Below, piece by piece: positions 1 to 8,551 of a stretch of 52,563 nucleotides of DNA. Position 1 is the first letter of the stretch; each line of letters begins with the position of its first letter. The position numbers were made by a program, and so were the translations under genes. Source of the stretch: a virus. Taxonomy: Duplodnaviria > Heunggongvirae > Uroviricota > Caudoviricetes. The stretch is taken from positions 1-52,563 of IMG/VR virus record IMGVR_UViG_2802428818_000001. One strand, 5' to 3'. The notes under the pieces are model-generated. The model had not been told where the DNA came from, did no database searches, and saw only the letters and a list, made by a program, of their open reading frames with translations.

Positions 1-42
1 GTTGCGGTGAGACTTGGTGATTGTCGCTGGTGTGTTCTGCAT
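1..42 (-). CDS. 5' end of a gene truncated by the window edge (MQNTPATITKSHRN...)
   Basis: ATG at 42 with AAGGA SD-like motif upstream, just downstream of the palindrome at 68-91. Confidence 0.5.
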   Translation of the reverse strand, partial: MQNTPATITKSHRN

Positions 43-70
43 GATCCGTCCTTTGTCATGTCTTAACCGA

Positions 71-88
71 TCAGTCAATATTGACTGA
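71..88. promoter_or_regulatory. 18-bp palindrome, copy 1 (extends to a perfect 24-bp palindrome at 68-91)
   Basis: TCAGTCAATATTGACTGA. Confidence 0.85.
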
Positions 89-158
89 TCGCGATGGAGA
101 AAAGAAAAGCGACCCAGGGCCTATTCCGGGTCGCCGGTGTTAAACCAGGTGGGCCTGG

Positions 159-563
159 CTATTCGCTGAATGCCTTGATGACAGCGGCGCGCTGGGCGTC
201 GTTGATCTTCGGATCACGATTATCCGTTGCTTCACGGATGACGCCGAGGATCTCGACTTCGTTCGTGCTGCAAATGAAGTCGAGCATCCGTGCCGACTCC
301 TTGTCATCCGACATGAACTGCTCGAGGGCGAGCCGGAAGAGGAAGAGAGGGTCGACGTCGATCGCGCGGGCAAGCTGGGCCACGCGGTCAAGTGGCAGCT
401 TGGCATCGCCCTTCTTGATCATCGTGACCATGTTCGATTGTGTCCAGCCGGCTGCTTGCGCAATCTCGCGGTGGGACTTGTTGACCTTCTGGTCAATATG
501 CTTATCCAGAAAACGCGCGACCTTCGTATTAGCGTAGGGGCGGACATACGTAGTAGTGGACAT
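159..563 (-). CDS. XRE/Cro-C1-type HTH transcriptional regulator (candidate phage repressor)
   Basis: SHREIAQAAGWTQSNMVTMIKKGDAKLPLDRVAQLARAI is a typical XRE HTH signature. Confidence 0.8.
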   Translation of the reverse strand: MSTTTYVRPYANTKVARFLDKHIDQKVNKSHREIAQAAGWTQSNMVTMIKKGDAKLPLDRVAQLARAIDVDPLFLFRLALEQFMSDDKESARMLDFICSTNEVEILGVIREATDNRDPKINDAQRAAVIKAFSE

Positions 564-691
564 TAACTTAAAACCTTTCTTCCTTGACCTCTGTTTTATT
601 TGTCACTAACAGCGTTTTCTTGTTTTCTGCTGTATAGATAGCGAAGCGGTCATGGGATATCACAATTTCTTTTTGGCAAACTTTGCTGTAG

Positions 692-709
692 TAAGTCAAT
701 ACCGATTGA
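692..709. promoter_or_regulatory. 18-bp palindrome, copy 2 (degenerate)
   Basis: TAAGTCAATACCGATTGA, upstream of the XRE regulator. Confidence 0.6.
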
Positions 710-949
710 GCGAAAAATGATTACGAATCCTTCACGTTAGGCATTTTGCCGACTCAACCCAAGGATTCGTAGGGGTTCCAGCGGTTTAAAATATCCGAAA
801 CGCAACCAAATTTTAGCTCACGTAAAAGTGGCATAATGTATTTTATGGAACTTAAGCGGGTGGTTTGAGTAAGTATTAACCACAAGGGTTGCCAAATCAG
901 CAGAATCGGTGTCACTTGTTGCGAGCAATGTGCAAGGAGATTCGCGTTA

Positions 950-1144
950 ATGTCTTCGGCTCAAAGAATGGCTGAGCACCGTGAGCGTCGCAAGCGGGAG
1001 GGAATGTCTATGGCTACCATCTGGCTTACCAAAGAGGATACCGAGAAGCTGGGCAGGTTCATGGCCGAACGGAAGATTGAATCCAAGCAGGAAGCCATAC
1101 AGGCTGCATTGCGCACGACATTTGAAAAAGAAACGGCAAACTGA
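950..1144 (+). CDS. Small ribbon-helix-helix (CopG/antitoxin-like) DNA-binding protein
   Basis: AAGGAG SD; basic N-helix followed by ATIWLTKEDTEKL..F..ERKIESKQEAIQAAL (beta-helix-helix pattern). Confidence 0.6.
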   Translation: MSSAQRMAEHRERRKREGMSMATIWLTKEDTEKLGRFMAERKIESKQEAIQAALRTTFEKETAN

Positions 1145-1148
1145 AACG

Positions 1149-1183
1149 TAAAAACCCCGGAAGCGGTCAACTTCCAGGGTCTT
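1149..1183. terminator. Intrinsic terminator, probably bidirectional (stronger on - strand)
   Basis: AAAAA-CCCCGGAAG-cggtcaa-CTTCCAGGG-tcttt hairpin with U-tract on the - strand. Confidence 0.65.
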
Positions 1184-1294
1184 TGATTTAGAAAGGATAA
1201 CAGCAGAGAACCGATCAAGGCCCTCTAGGTCGCCAAACCTTCTGCGCCGTCATAACCACGAATCGGTTTTCCCATGTTTCCTTCTAGCTGTCAA
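1149..1294 (-). ncRNA. Candidate counter-transcribed RNA (ctRNA) controlling repC, including its -35 box
   Basis: TTGACA on - strand at 1289-1294; AGGT-CGCCAA-ACCT hairpin at 1227-1240 (UUGGCG loop on antisense strand); terminator at 1149-1183; position matches repABC ctRNAs. -10 box unclear. Confidence 0.5.
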
Positions 1295-1310
1295 CGCTCC
1301 CTCGGGAGCG
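1295..1310 (+). promoter_or_regulatory. S-element-like hairpin in repC leader
   Basis: CGCTCCC-tc-GGGAGCG perfect inverted repeat 35 nt upstream of the repC start. Confidence 0.45.
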
Positions 1311-1345
1311 AACGGAGAAGATTTGCCTCATTTTGAGGACTCTAC

Positions 1346-2455
1346 ATGCAAACCGGGGGTAACTTGGGCTGGCGTAAACTTGCGCCGCAGCCTCATACAT
1401 TTGAACAGCTCGACATTGAAGCCGACCGGCCCAAGCTTTACAAGGTAAAGAATCTTGCCGCTAGAGCATTGGGACTGTCTAAAAGCCAAATCGCGCTGCT
1501 GACTGCACTAATTTCTTACTACAAAGAGCCGGTCGCCGACCGACTGCTCGTCTGGCCTTCGAACGAAGCCTTGGAGAAATCCACCGGATACAGTGAACGT
1601 GCTATCCGATTCGCAATTCGAGACCTCATTTCCTCTGGTGTCTTACTTTCCAAGGACTCAGCCAATGGCAAGCGATTCGCGATTCGGACTAAGAGCGGTC
1701 AGATCCTTGACGCCTATGGATTCGATCTCTCCCCTCTCCTCGCTCGCGAAAAGGAGTTCAAGGATTCGATCGCCCGCCTCGATGCCGAGGAAGAGCTCCG
1801 CAAGCGTCAGCTCGACGAGATCACCATCTGCCGGCGTTCCGTGCAGGAAGCATTGCGCTCGATTCATGACCTCGGTGTGACCGTCGATACAGAGTCCACA
1901 GAAGAGCGTTTCGACCTTCTCCTAAGCCAGACACCGCGCCGGTCGCTCATTCGCGCTCCTGGGCCTCTCCTGGCCGAATGGCGCACACTGAAGGAAGACG
2001 TCGAACACCAATATCATACCGCCTGTGACGGCAATTCCTGCCGCCATATTGAGAACAACAACGAGATCCCTGAGCAGCCTTGTTCAAACGGCCAAGAAGA
2101 AATGGTTAGGGGCGAAACGGTCAACCTTGGCGATCTACGGGTGGCGTGCCCGGATGCGATCGAGCAGGCGGGTGAAATCCGAGCGGAAGGCGATCTTATT
2201 GCGGCCGCGGCGCGATTGCGGGGTGTTTATGGGACTCACCGGACGGCCTGGGAAGAGGCTTGCGAGGATCTCGGCCGGCCGCTCGCCGCGGTGACGTTCT
2301 TCTACGTGCTGCAGATGTTCGAGGATGACCAGCGCGGCCGGCGAACGCTCAATAATTTCGGCGGGTTCTTCAGGAGTTGGGCGCGCAAGATCGCGAACGG
2401 CGAGGCGAATCTCGCCCAGGAGATCCACACGATGAAGAAGAAGCGACGGCACTAA
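1346..2455 (+). CDS. repC: Plasmid replication initiator RepC (repABC family)
   Basis: N-terminal MQTG...GWRK, LLVWPSNEAL, ERAIRFAIRDL, KDSANGKRFAIR, YGFDLSPL, CRHIENN, C-terminal NFGGFFR; GAGG SD. Confidence 0.92.
   Translation: MQTGGNLGWRKLAPQPHTFEQLDIEADRPKLYKVKNLAARALGLSKSQIALLTALISYYKEPVADRLLVWPSNEALEKSTGYSERAIRFAIRDLISSGVLLSKDSANGKRFAIRTKSGQILDAYGFDLSPLLAREKEFKDSIARLDAEEELRKRQLDEITICRRSVQEALRSIHDLGVTVDTESTEERFDLLLSQTPRRSLIRAPGPLLAEWRTLKEDVEHQYHTACDGNSCRHIENNNEIPEQPCSNGQEEMVRGETVNLGDLRVACPDAIEQAGEIRAEGDLIAAAARLRGVYGTHRTAWEEACEDLGRPLAAVTFFYVLQMFEDDQRGRRTLNNFGGFFRSWARKIANGEANLAQEIHTMKKKRRH
1600..1770. other. Probable plasmid origin (oriV) inside repC
   Basis: Six GANTC sites (1608, 1655, 1674, 1681, 1719, 1763) in about 160 bp; repABC origins are known to lie within repC. 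Confidence 0.5.
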
Positions 2456-2482
2456 AAAAAGGGCAGCCCGTGAGAGCTGCCC
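2454..2482 (-). terminator. Intrinsic terminator of the leftward ligase operon
   Basis: GGGCAGC-ccgtgaga-GCTGCCC stem with a 7-A tract (U-tract on - strand). Confidence 0.8.
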
Positions 2483-2565
2483 AGTTGAAAGGAGACACAA
2501 TGACGAAACGGAGGGAACGTCGCTGTAACTATAGATAGTCAGTTTTCAGTCGGCTTTTCGAAAAA

Positions 2566-2979
2566 TCAGCAGACGTTTTCGAAATAGTCCTCGAGCAGCT
2601 CGTCGGTTTCGGGCGGGCTACCAACCAGAAGAGCCTTACTTTCGCTCTCCTCGCCGTCGGCCAGGATCTCGATTTCAGCATCGGTCTTGGCCGCAAGCCA
2701 GGCATCAATCCTCTTGAGGTCTCGGCGATGAAAATTCTCTCCGAGCCAAAGACCCATCAGGTGAAGAACCTGCGTCTCCGGCCGGTGACGATTAATCCCG
2801 CCGTTTGCGTAGGTGATTGCAAGGCACGCTCGCTTGATGCCGGGATAATGGTCGGCCGATTTGCAGACGATCATCGGCCCTTCTGCGCGCTTAATTCCAA
2901 CCAGAAGCGAAGCAGCAACGCTGGTGTCGAGGCCGTTCTTTGCAGCCTCGAGGATCATTTGTTCCGGCGACTTGCTCAT
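2566..2979 (-). CDS. Hypothetical protein
   Basis: 137 aa; ATGA overlap with the ligase stop codon; acidic C-terminus. Confidence 0.7.
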   Translation of the reverse strand: MSKSPEQMILEAAKNGLDTSVAASLLVGIKRAEGPMIVCKSADHYPGIKRACLAITYANGGINRHRPETQVLHLMGLWLGENFHRRDLKRIDAWLAAKTDAEIEILADGEESESKALLVGSPPETDELLEDYFENVC

Positions 2980-4508
2980 GCCGCTTCTCGCAGAGCTTCG
3001 CCCGCCTTGTCGTCGCGGAAGCGGACGAACCTCGGGTGACGGAGCGAGCCGTCAGGCGTCACCTCATTGAACTCGATTTCGATCATGCGGCCGAGGAGCT
3101 TCCATTGCTTCAGGTGGACGGTTGACGGATCGGTCGACCAGCCAGGCTTGAAACCGACCTTCGGATGAAGGCCGAGATCTGCGGCATCTTCGGTCCAGAG
3201 ATCCCAGAGCTCGTCGCGTTCATCGCTCGACCAGCCACCACCGACGCGCACCTCGACACCCTTATGATCGACAATGACGCCGCCCAGCCGATCCTCGTTC
3301 TCGGCGTTCTCCTCACCGGTGTAGAAGCCGACGATGAAGAGGTCGATGGTTTCTTCGGGCTTGATCTTCAGCCAGACGTGCGACTTCTTCTTCTCGTAGG
3401 GGCCGTCATAGCTCTTGACCATCGCGCCTTCGAGACCCTTGGGTTTGCCGGTCTGCTTGTCGATCAGCACCTTGAGGAGCTCGGCTTCGACTTCCTTGTC
3501 GCCGCGGGCGATGTAGTTGGCGATCGTCTGGCTGATCAAACGCTCGTAGATCGCCTGGATCTCTTCGTAACTGTTCGCCTCATACGTCGGCGTCATGAAG
3601 ACCGGCGCGTTGGTGACAGCGCGGACCTCGCTGACGAAGGTCGAAAGCAACTCGCGGCGCGTCTCGTAGGGCACCTTGTAGGGCAGATTGCCGATGAAGC
3701 CGGAATACGGCAGCAGATCGAAGGACTCGAGCTGAGCGTCATAGGCCTTCTCGGACTTGCGCCGCATTGCGCCTGACGTTTCGAAGAGACCGTTGATCGC
3801 CTCGGTGTCGAGCACGAAGGTTGGATCCTCGTTATTGCCGTCGAAGAGCACCGTCACCACGTCGCGGTAATGATCGTCGACATCGTTGGTATCGGCGCCG
3901 GCCTTCATGTGACGGGCAGCCTTGAGCAGAGGCACTGCGAGATCCTGAAGCGCCGGAATGGCCTTGCCGGAGCGTGTGAAGAAAGCGCCCTTCCCTTCTT
4001 TCGCGATGAATGTCACGCGCATTCCGTCGAGCTTCGGCTCAACCGGGACCGGGAATTTGGTCACGCGCTTGTCTTCGTAGGGATGAGCGCGCATCACGCC
4101 GAACGACGGCAGGAAGCCTGGCAGCACGGATTCGATCGTCGTCGCGGCAATGCCGGCCTTCAGATCCTTGTTGAGGATCAGGAAGAGGATCTCGTTGCTG
4201 TCGGGATCAAGAGCCTTGAAGAGCATGTCAAGTTCGGCCTTGGCCGCATTGCCGGACAGCTCGCGGGTCGAAAGCTGGGTCAGAACGCGCAGAACAACGC
4301 CGTCGCTCAACGTGCAGTTATGCTCCGGAACGGACGTCGGCGCCTTCTTGACGGTCACGCCGTAGGTGATGAACGGATCATAGGTCCATTTCAGAATGAA
4401 CTTGCCGAGATCGTCGGCGAGCAGCTTCTCAAGACCTGCCTGCTTATCGAGACGGCCGGGCGAATTAGCGATTTCGCGAATAAGCGAAAGAGCTTCAGTG
4501 GCGTTCAA
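2976..4508 (-). CDS. lig: ATP-dependent DNA ligase
   Basis: Motif I EPKLDGMR, EGAMVK, WLKIKP, OB-fold C-terminus GSLRHPRFVRFRDDK. TTG start at 4508 preferred because of AAGGAG SD (ORF track starts at 4571). Confidence 0.93.
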   Translation of the reverse strand: MNATEALSLIREIANSPGRLDKQAGLEKLLADDLGKFILKWTYDPFITYGVTVKKAPTSVPEHNCTLSDGVVLRVLTQLSTRELSGNAAKAELDMLFKALDPDSNEILFLILNKDLKAGIAATTIESVLPGFLPSFGVMRAHPYEDKRVTKFPVPVEPKLDGMRVTFIAKEGKGAFFTRSGKAIPALQDLAVPLLKAARHMKAGADTNDVDDHYRDVVTVLFDGNNEDPTFVLDTEAINGLFETSGAMRRKSEKAYDAQLESFDLLPYSGFIGNLPYKVPYETRRELLSTFVSEVRAVTNAPVFMTPTYEANSYEEIQAIYERLISQTIANYIARGDKEVEAELLKVLIDKQTGKPKGLEGAMVKSYDGPYEKKKSHVWLKIKPEETIDLFIVGFYTGEENAENEDRLGGVIVDHKGVEVRVGGGWSSDERDELWDLWTEDAADLGLHPKVGFKPGWSTDPSTVHLKQWKLLGRMIEIEFNEVTPDGSLRHPRFVRFRDDKAGEALREAA

Positions 4509-4518
4509 GGGATTCTCC

Positions 4519-5109
4519 TTATGCTGCTGCGGCGTTGATTGCGGCTGCCATGTCGCCGGTCTTCGCTGCATTGTTGATGGCTTGGTTCTGGGTGGTCTTC
4601 TGCACGACCGTGCGCTTGCCTTCCGCCTCGAGCGGCCGGCGAGTGGTCGTGATGTTGGAGATCGAGCGCCTGGGCTCGACGAAGGCCGTTTCCTTGCCGC
4701 TGGCGCCTGGCGCTGTCTTCAGTTGCGCCTCGATACGGCCGCGCGTGGAATTGAGGAGCTCGCGCTCGTTATCCGTCAGCGCAAATCGGCCGAGCTCGCG
4801 GGGGATCGGGATGATATTCCTGATGCGCTCGAGGATATCGGCGTGCAGCTTGCCGACCTTTGGCTCTTTTGAGCCATAGTCATCGGAGACCGGCGTCCTC
4901 GAATAGTTGATCTTGGAGACGATCGCTGCGGCCGGGCACATGCCGCAATTCATTGCGGCCTGGCAGCCTTGCCGCTTCTCGACGGTCTTGCCCATCCAGA
5001 CGGCCTCACGCAGCGCCATACAAGCTGCCATCTTGGTATTGGCGTTGAAGACCGGGCAATTGAACTGAAATTCGTTCTCGCGCGCCAGTGTCAGATAGTG
5101 GGGCATCAA
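4519..5109 (-). CDS. Hypothetical Cys-rich protein
   Basis: 196 aa; CP...C...C.....C..CP cluster; coupled to neighbours by overlap. Confidence 0.75.
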   Translation of the reverse strand: MMPHYLTLARENEFQFNCPVFNANTKMAACMALREAVWMGKTVEKRQGCQAAMNCGMCPAAAIVSKINYSRTPVSDDYGSKEPKVGKLHADILERIRNIIPIPRELGRFALTDNERELLNSTRGRIEAQLKTAPGASGKETAFVEPRRSISNITTTRRPLEAEGKRTVVQKTTQNQAINNAAKTGDMAAAINAAAA

Positions 5110-5378
5110 AATCTCCCGAAGTTCTGGTGAATGGTCGTGTCGGGATGGGCCACATTAGCGTTCGGTCCATACCGCTTGCGATAGGCTCGCCGGATGATCA
5201 CCCGACAGCGCGCCTCTTCGATGGTTTTCAGTGTGAACTCGACAAACAGCGCCGGCATGTCACTGCGTTTGGATACCTGCTCGACCAGGCCGTGCTTGTC
5301 GGCGTCCCACTCTTTCAGGCGCATCTTGCGCACCTTGTTGAGGAGCTCGCCGGCGAAGGCGATCGTCTGCTTATCCAT
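5106..5378 (-). CDS. Hypothetical protein
   Basis: 90 aa; start/stop overlaps with both neighbours. Confidence 0.7.
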   Translation of the reverse strand: MDKQTIAFAGELLNKVRKMRLKEWDADKHGLVEQVSKRSDMPALFVEFTLKTIEEARCRVIIRRAYRKRYGPNANVAHPDTTIHQNFGRF

Positions 5379-5920
5379 CAGAACAAGCCGAAGCGCGGGT
5401 TGGACTTGTAGGTCTCGATCGCCACTTCCTGCTCAAGAGCCTTCTCGGCTTCCCTGGCCTTCGCGATCTCGGTTTTCGAATAGGTGCGCGCCGGAGGTTC
5501 GCCCAGATATCTGCCATCTTCGCTGAAGCGCGGCGGGGCGGCCTGCGCTGGCCGGCCAGTCGTATCCATATCGGGCAGAACGTGATTGAGAGCACCAGCC
5601 GGGATCTGCGGCCAGACAGCAGGACCGAATGCCATGCGCAGGTCGCTCTCGCTGCTGATCTGTTTGATCTGCGAGGATTTACTCACATAGCCCTTGCCGA
5701 GCTTGGACTGGACGAGCTTGTCAAACTCCTGCTCGGCCTTCGCCTGGATCGCAAACTTCTCGATCTTGAAGTCACCGATTTTGCCGATCTTACCCCAGCG
5801 GCGAACGATGATCGCCATGCCGTCAGGATTGATCAGGAGCGAAACGTTGTAGTGCTTGTTCGTGCGGTTGCCATCCGAGCATTCGAGCGCATAGTGCGCG
5901 AAATCAAGGGGAAAACTCAT
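5378..5920 (-). CDS. WGR-domain protein
   Basis: NKHYNVSLL...IVRRWGKIG...A..EFDKLVQSKLGKGY is the WGR pattern. Confidence 0.8.
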   Translation of the reverse strand: MSFPLDFAHYALECSDGNRTNKHYNVSLLINPDGMAIIVRRWGKIGKIGDFKIEKFAIQAKAEQEFDKLVQSKLGKGYVSKSSQIKQISSESDLRMAFGPAVWPQIPAGALNHVLPDMDTTGRPAQAAPPRFSEDGRYLGEPPARTYSKTEIAKAREAEKALEQEVAIETYKSNPRFGLF

Positions 5921-5976
5921 GCTGTGTCTCTCGTTCGTTGTCGTGCGATTTTAATAGCGCGATTATTCTAGGGTTG

Positions 5977-5994
5977 TAAGTAAATATTGACTTA
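5977..5994. promoter_or_regulatory. 18-bp palindrome, copy 3
   Basis: TAAGTAAATATTGACTTA. Confidence 0.85.
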
Positions 5995-5998
5995 GCCG

Positions 5999-7150
5999 TC
6001 AAGATCCCTGTGAAGACTTTTTCGCCTGCTCGACCTTCCATTTGGCTTCGTCAGCGGCGAACGGATTGCGCAGGCGCCACCTCACATCGAGGGCCGGCGT
6101 CCACAGGGCGGCTGAATAGTAGGCCTTGCGCACAACCTCGCCGAGGACTTCGTTCGGGTCTTTGCGGAACGGCAGAAGCGCGATGCGCGCCTTCAGGCCG
6201 ATCGATGTGAGGAGCTTGGCTGCGTCGAGCGCTGCGATCAGCGCCTTCGTCTCACCGTCCCACATGATCGTCACCGTCTTCACCCCTCCCCTCTTCAGTT
6301 GAAGGAAGCGGCCGAGCTGGTCGTCGCCGGTCGCCGAGCCGTAGGACAGATGCTTGCCGAAGGAGCCGACGGCGACGATCCGGCGCAGATCGACCTCTTC
6401 GTCGAAGGCGATCTTGATCGCTGCAACGTCGAAGAAGCCTTCACCCATCACCACTTCGTCGGTGAGCTGGACATTTTGTCCGTTGAGCAGGAACTTGCCG
6501 GTGCCTGGGAGGCCCTTCGGAAAGAGATATTTGCGCTCGACATACTGGGCAGCCTCGCCAACTGTCAGGTCACGCCCTTGGAAGGTTTTCAGTGTGCCAT
6601 CAAGGTCATAGACGGGAATGATAACCCGATTTGAGAACCACTGTTGTTGCGGCGCGCCCTGATCATCGAAGCACGGCCAGAAGCCATACTGGCAATATCT
6701 GAGGCCGAAATATTTGGCATACTCGCCGGTGATGCCGCGGTTCTCGAGATAGACCAGGTTCTCCCCGTCGGCCGTCGGCAGCTCGTCGGAGTAAGGCAGC
6801 TTCACCTCGCCATGATCGACAGCGACGGTCGTCATGCGCTTCGGGCGCCAGCCCTGCTCACGCATGATCTCCTTGCACTTCTCGATAGTCTCGCGCCAGT
6901 TGTCGTAGCCGAAGTGCAGCTTGACGAACTTCGCCTTGTTGAAGGTCTGGTTGCAGACGAAGCAGTTACCCTGCCCCGTATCGGCGTTCAGATAAACGCG
7001 TGATCGGCCGTCGCCGCAGTCCGGGCAATATTTGGCGTTGATCTGCATGCCGGAAGAGCCGCGGCCCATCTTGTAGGGCAGGCTCTCCTGGTCGAAGAGA
7101 AACTCGAGGTCGAGGTTCTCGGTGATCTCCTGGAAGATATTGTCGCTCAC
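5999..7150 (-). CDS. DNA primase (Zn-finger + Toprim)
   Basis: CPDC...CFVC zinc finger, YLENRGI, RVIIPV, EGFFDV, WDGE Toprim motifs. Confidence 0.88.
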   Translation of the reverse strand: MSDNIFQEITENLDLEFLFDQESLPYKMGRGSSGMQINAKYCPDCGDGRSRVYLNADTGQGNCFVCNQTFNKAKFVKLHFGYDNWRETIEKCKEIMREQGWRPKRMTTVAVDHGEVKLPYSDELPTADGENLVYLENRGITGEYAKYFGLRYCQYGFWPCFDDQGAPQQQWFSNRVIIPVYDLDGTLKTFQGRDLTVGEAAQYVERKYLFPKGLPGTGKFLLNGQNVQLTDEVVMGEGFFDVAAIKIAFDEEVDLRRIVAVGSFGKHLSYGSATGDDQLGRFLQLKRGGVKTVTIMWDGETKALIAALDAAKLLTSIGLKARIALLPFRKDPNEVLGEVVRKAYYSAALWTPALDVRWRLRNPFAADEAKWKVEQAKKSSQGS

Positions 7151-8514
7151 ACGCGCCCCATGACCTTTGTGAGGAACTTGAGCTTCTCGCGGTCCTGTCG
7201 GATGAGAAGCGAGAAATTGTCCTCGGTGTTACGGGATGCGACCCAGGTCAGACGGGCCTCGCCAGACTTCTTCTCGGCCTCGGTCGCGTTGATGGCGATC
7301 ACCACGTCGGCGGTTCGGATCTTGTTGAAGTCCTCGGCGACGTCGGTCATCTTGGCCGTGTGAGCAGCCGCACCGGAACGGTTCGTCTGCGTTGCTGTCA
7401 GCAGCGCCAGATCTTCTTCATAGGCGATCGCGCGCAGGTCGACGTAGATGGCGCGCAGATTGTCGATCATGTTGTCGCTGCGATAGTTCGCAGCCATGAT
7501 GTCAGCGTAGTCCACGGTCAGCAGGTCGAGGATGATACCTTCGGAGCGCCAGCGCTCGAGGATGCGCTTGATGTGATCGGGCTTGAGGGTGCCGGACGCA
7601 TAGTCATTGATGATCAGCGTGCCGGCCTTGGCTTCAGCGGCCTGGATCTTGCGCATGACGGTCTGCGGGTCGTCCTTGAGGAGCCGCATCGCGGTGTCGG
7701 AGACGTTCGCGTCGAGACGGTCGGCGATGATCGACCTGGACACTTCAAGCGAAAGATACGCGGTGTGATAGCCGAGCAGCGCTGCGTTCTTGGTGAACTC
7801 GCCAAGTGAGAGGGACTTGCCGGCCTTCGCCGCACCCATCATCAGCGACATTTCGCGACGGCCCCAGCCGTTGTGGTAGAGGTAGCTGTCAATCTCGCTG
7901 TAGCCCGTCGAGATCCCGCGCTTGACGATCTTGCCGGCCTTCCAGTCCTCGCGGATCTGGGTGCGGTTCACGATCTCCTTGAAATAGTGATAGTCGCCCT
8001 CGTCGGTTTGCAGACCGACAGCGAGCGCTGCCTTTTGCAGCTTCTCGATGCCAGCAAAGTCACCCCGCTGAAGCAGCTCGACGCTCTTCAGGATCGCCTG
8101 CTCCATTGCCTGGAACTTTGCAAAGTCGGAGACCTTCTCGGCGACATAGGACGAGTTCGAAAGATCTGTCTTCATGACGTCACGGATCGCGATCTTGATC
8201 TCGGTCAGCGCGTCGTCGCGGATACGCTTCTTGGCCTTCTCGTCCTTGAGGATCTGGGTGAGGATGCGCAGATCCGGCACGGACTTGTGCACCTGCAGGT
8301 GGTTCTTGATCAGGCTGATAAGCTGGCCATGGGCGTCGTTGGCGAAGTAGGCCGGGTCGATCAGATCCTTGGTGCGGTTGGCGAACTGCGTGTCGCGCAT
8401 GAACAGCGCCAAGGTCTTCTTCTGGAAGCCTTCATCGAAGTCCCACTTCGGCGCTTCCTGCTCGGCGATTTCTTCGTCGTGATCTTCTGCGATCGCTGCG
8501 GCTGCCTGAGACAT
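7147..8514 (-). CDS. dnaB: Replicative DnaB-like helicase
   Basis: Walker A GAAKAGKS, LSLEVS, VDYADIM, TATQTNR, ASRN. Confidence 0.88.
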   Translation of the reverse strand: MSQAAAAIAEDHDEEIAEQEAPKWDFDEGFQKKTLALFMRDTQFANRTKDLIDPAYFANDAHGQLISLIKNHLQVHKSVPDLRILTQILKDEKAKKRIRDDALTEIKIAIRDVMKTDLSNSSYVAEKVSDFAKFQAMEQAILKSVELLQRGDFAGIEKLQKAALAVGLQTDEGDYHYFKEIVNRTQIREDWKAGKIVKRGISTGYSEIDSYLYHNGWGRREMSLMMGAAKAGKSLSLGEFTKNAALLGYHTAYLSLEVSRSIIADRLDANVSDTAMRLLKDDPQTVMRKIQAAEAKAGTLIINDYASGTLKPDHIKRILERWRSEGIILDLLTVDYADIMAANYRSDNMIDNLRAIYVDLRAIAYEEDLALLTATQTNRSGAAAHTAKMTDVAEDFNKIRTADVVIAINATEAEKKSGEARLTWVASRNTEDNFSLLIRQDREKLKFLTKVMGRV

Positions 8515-8533
8515 TCTTTCTTACCTTTCGAAG

Positions 8534-8551
8534 TCAATCAATATTTACTGA
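8534..8551. promoter_or_regulatory. 18-bp palindrome, copy 4
   Basis: TCAATCAATATTTACTGA. Confidence 0.85.

Noticed and set aside
864-883. TGAGTAAGTATTAACC as an additional palindrome copy
   Set aside because: Only about 12/18 matches and the right arm is broken; not counted.
2535-2552. ATAGTCAGTTTTCAGTCG as a palindrome copy
   Set aside because: Too many mismatches to the consensus.
4463-4478. GAATTAGCGATTTCGCG (and 50622 region) as copies of the 15-bp motif
   Set aside because: They lie inside coding sequence and are explained by REIA codons (CGC GAA ATC GCT).
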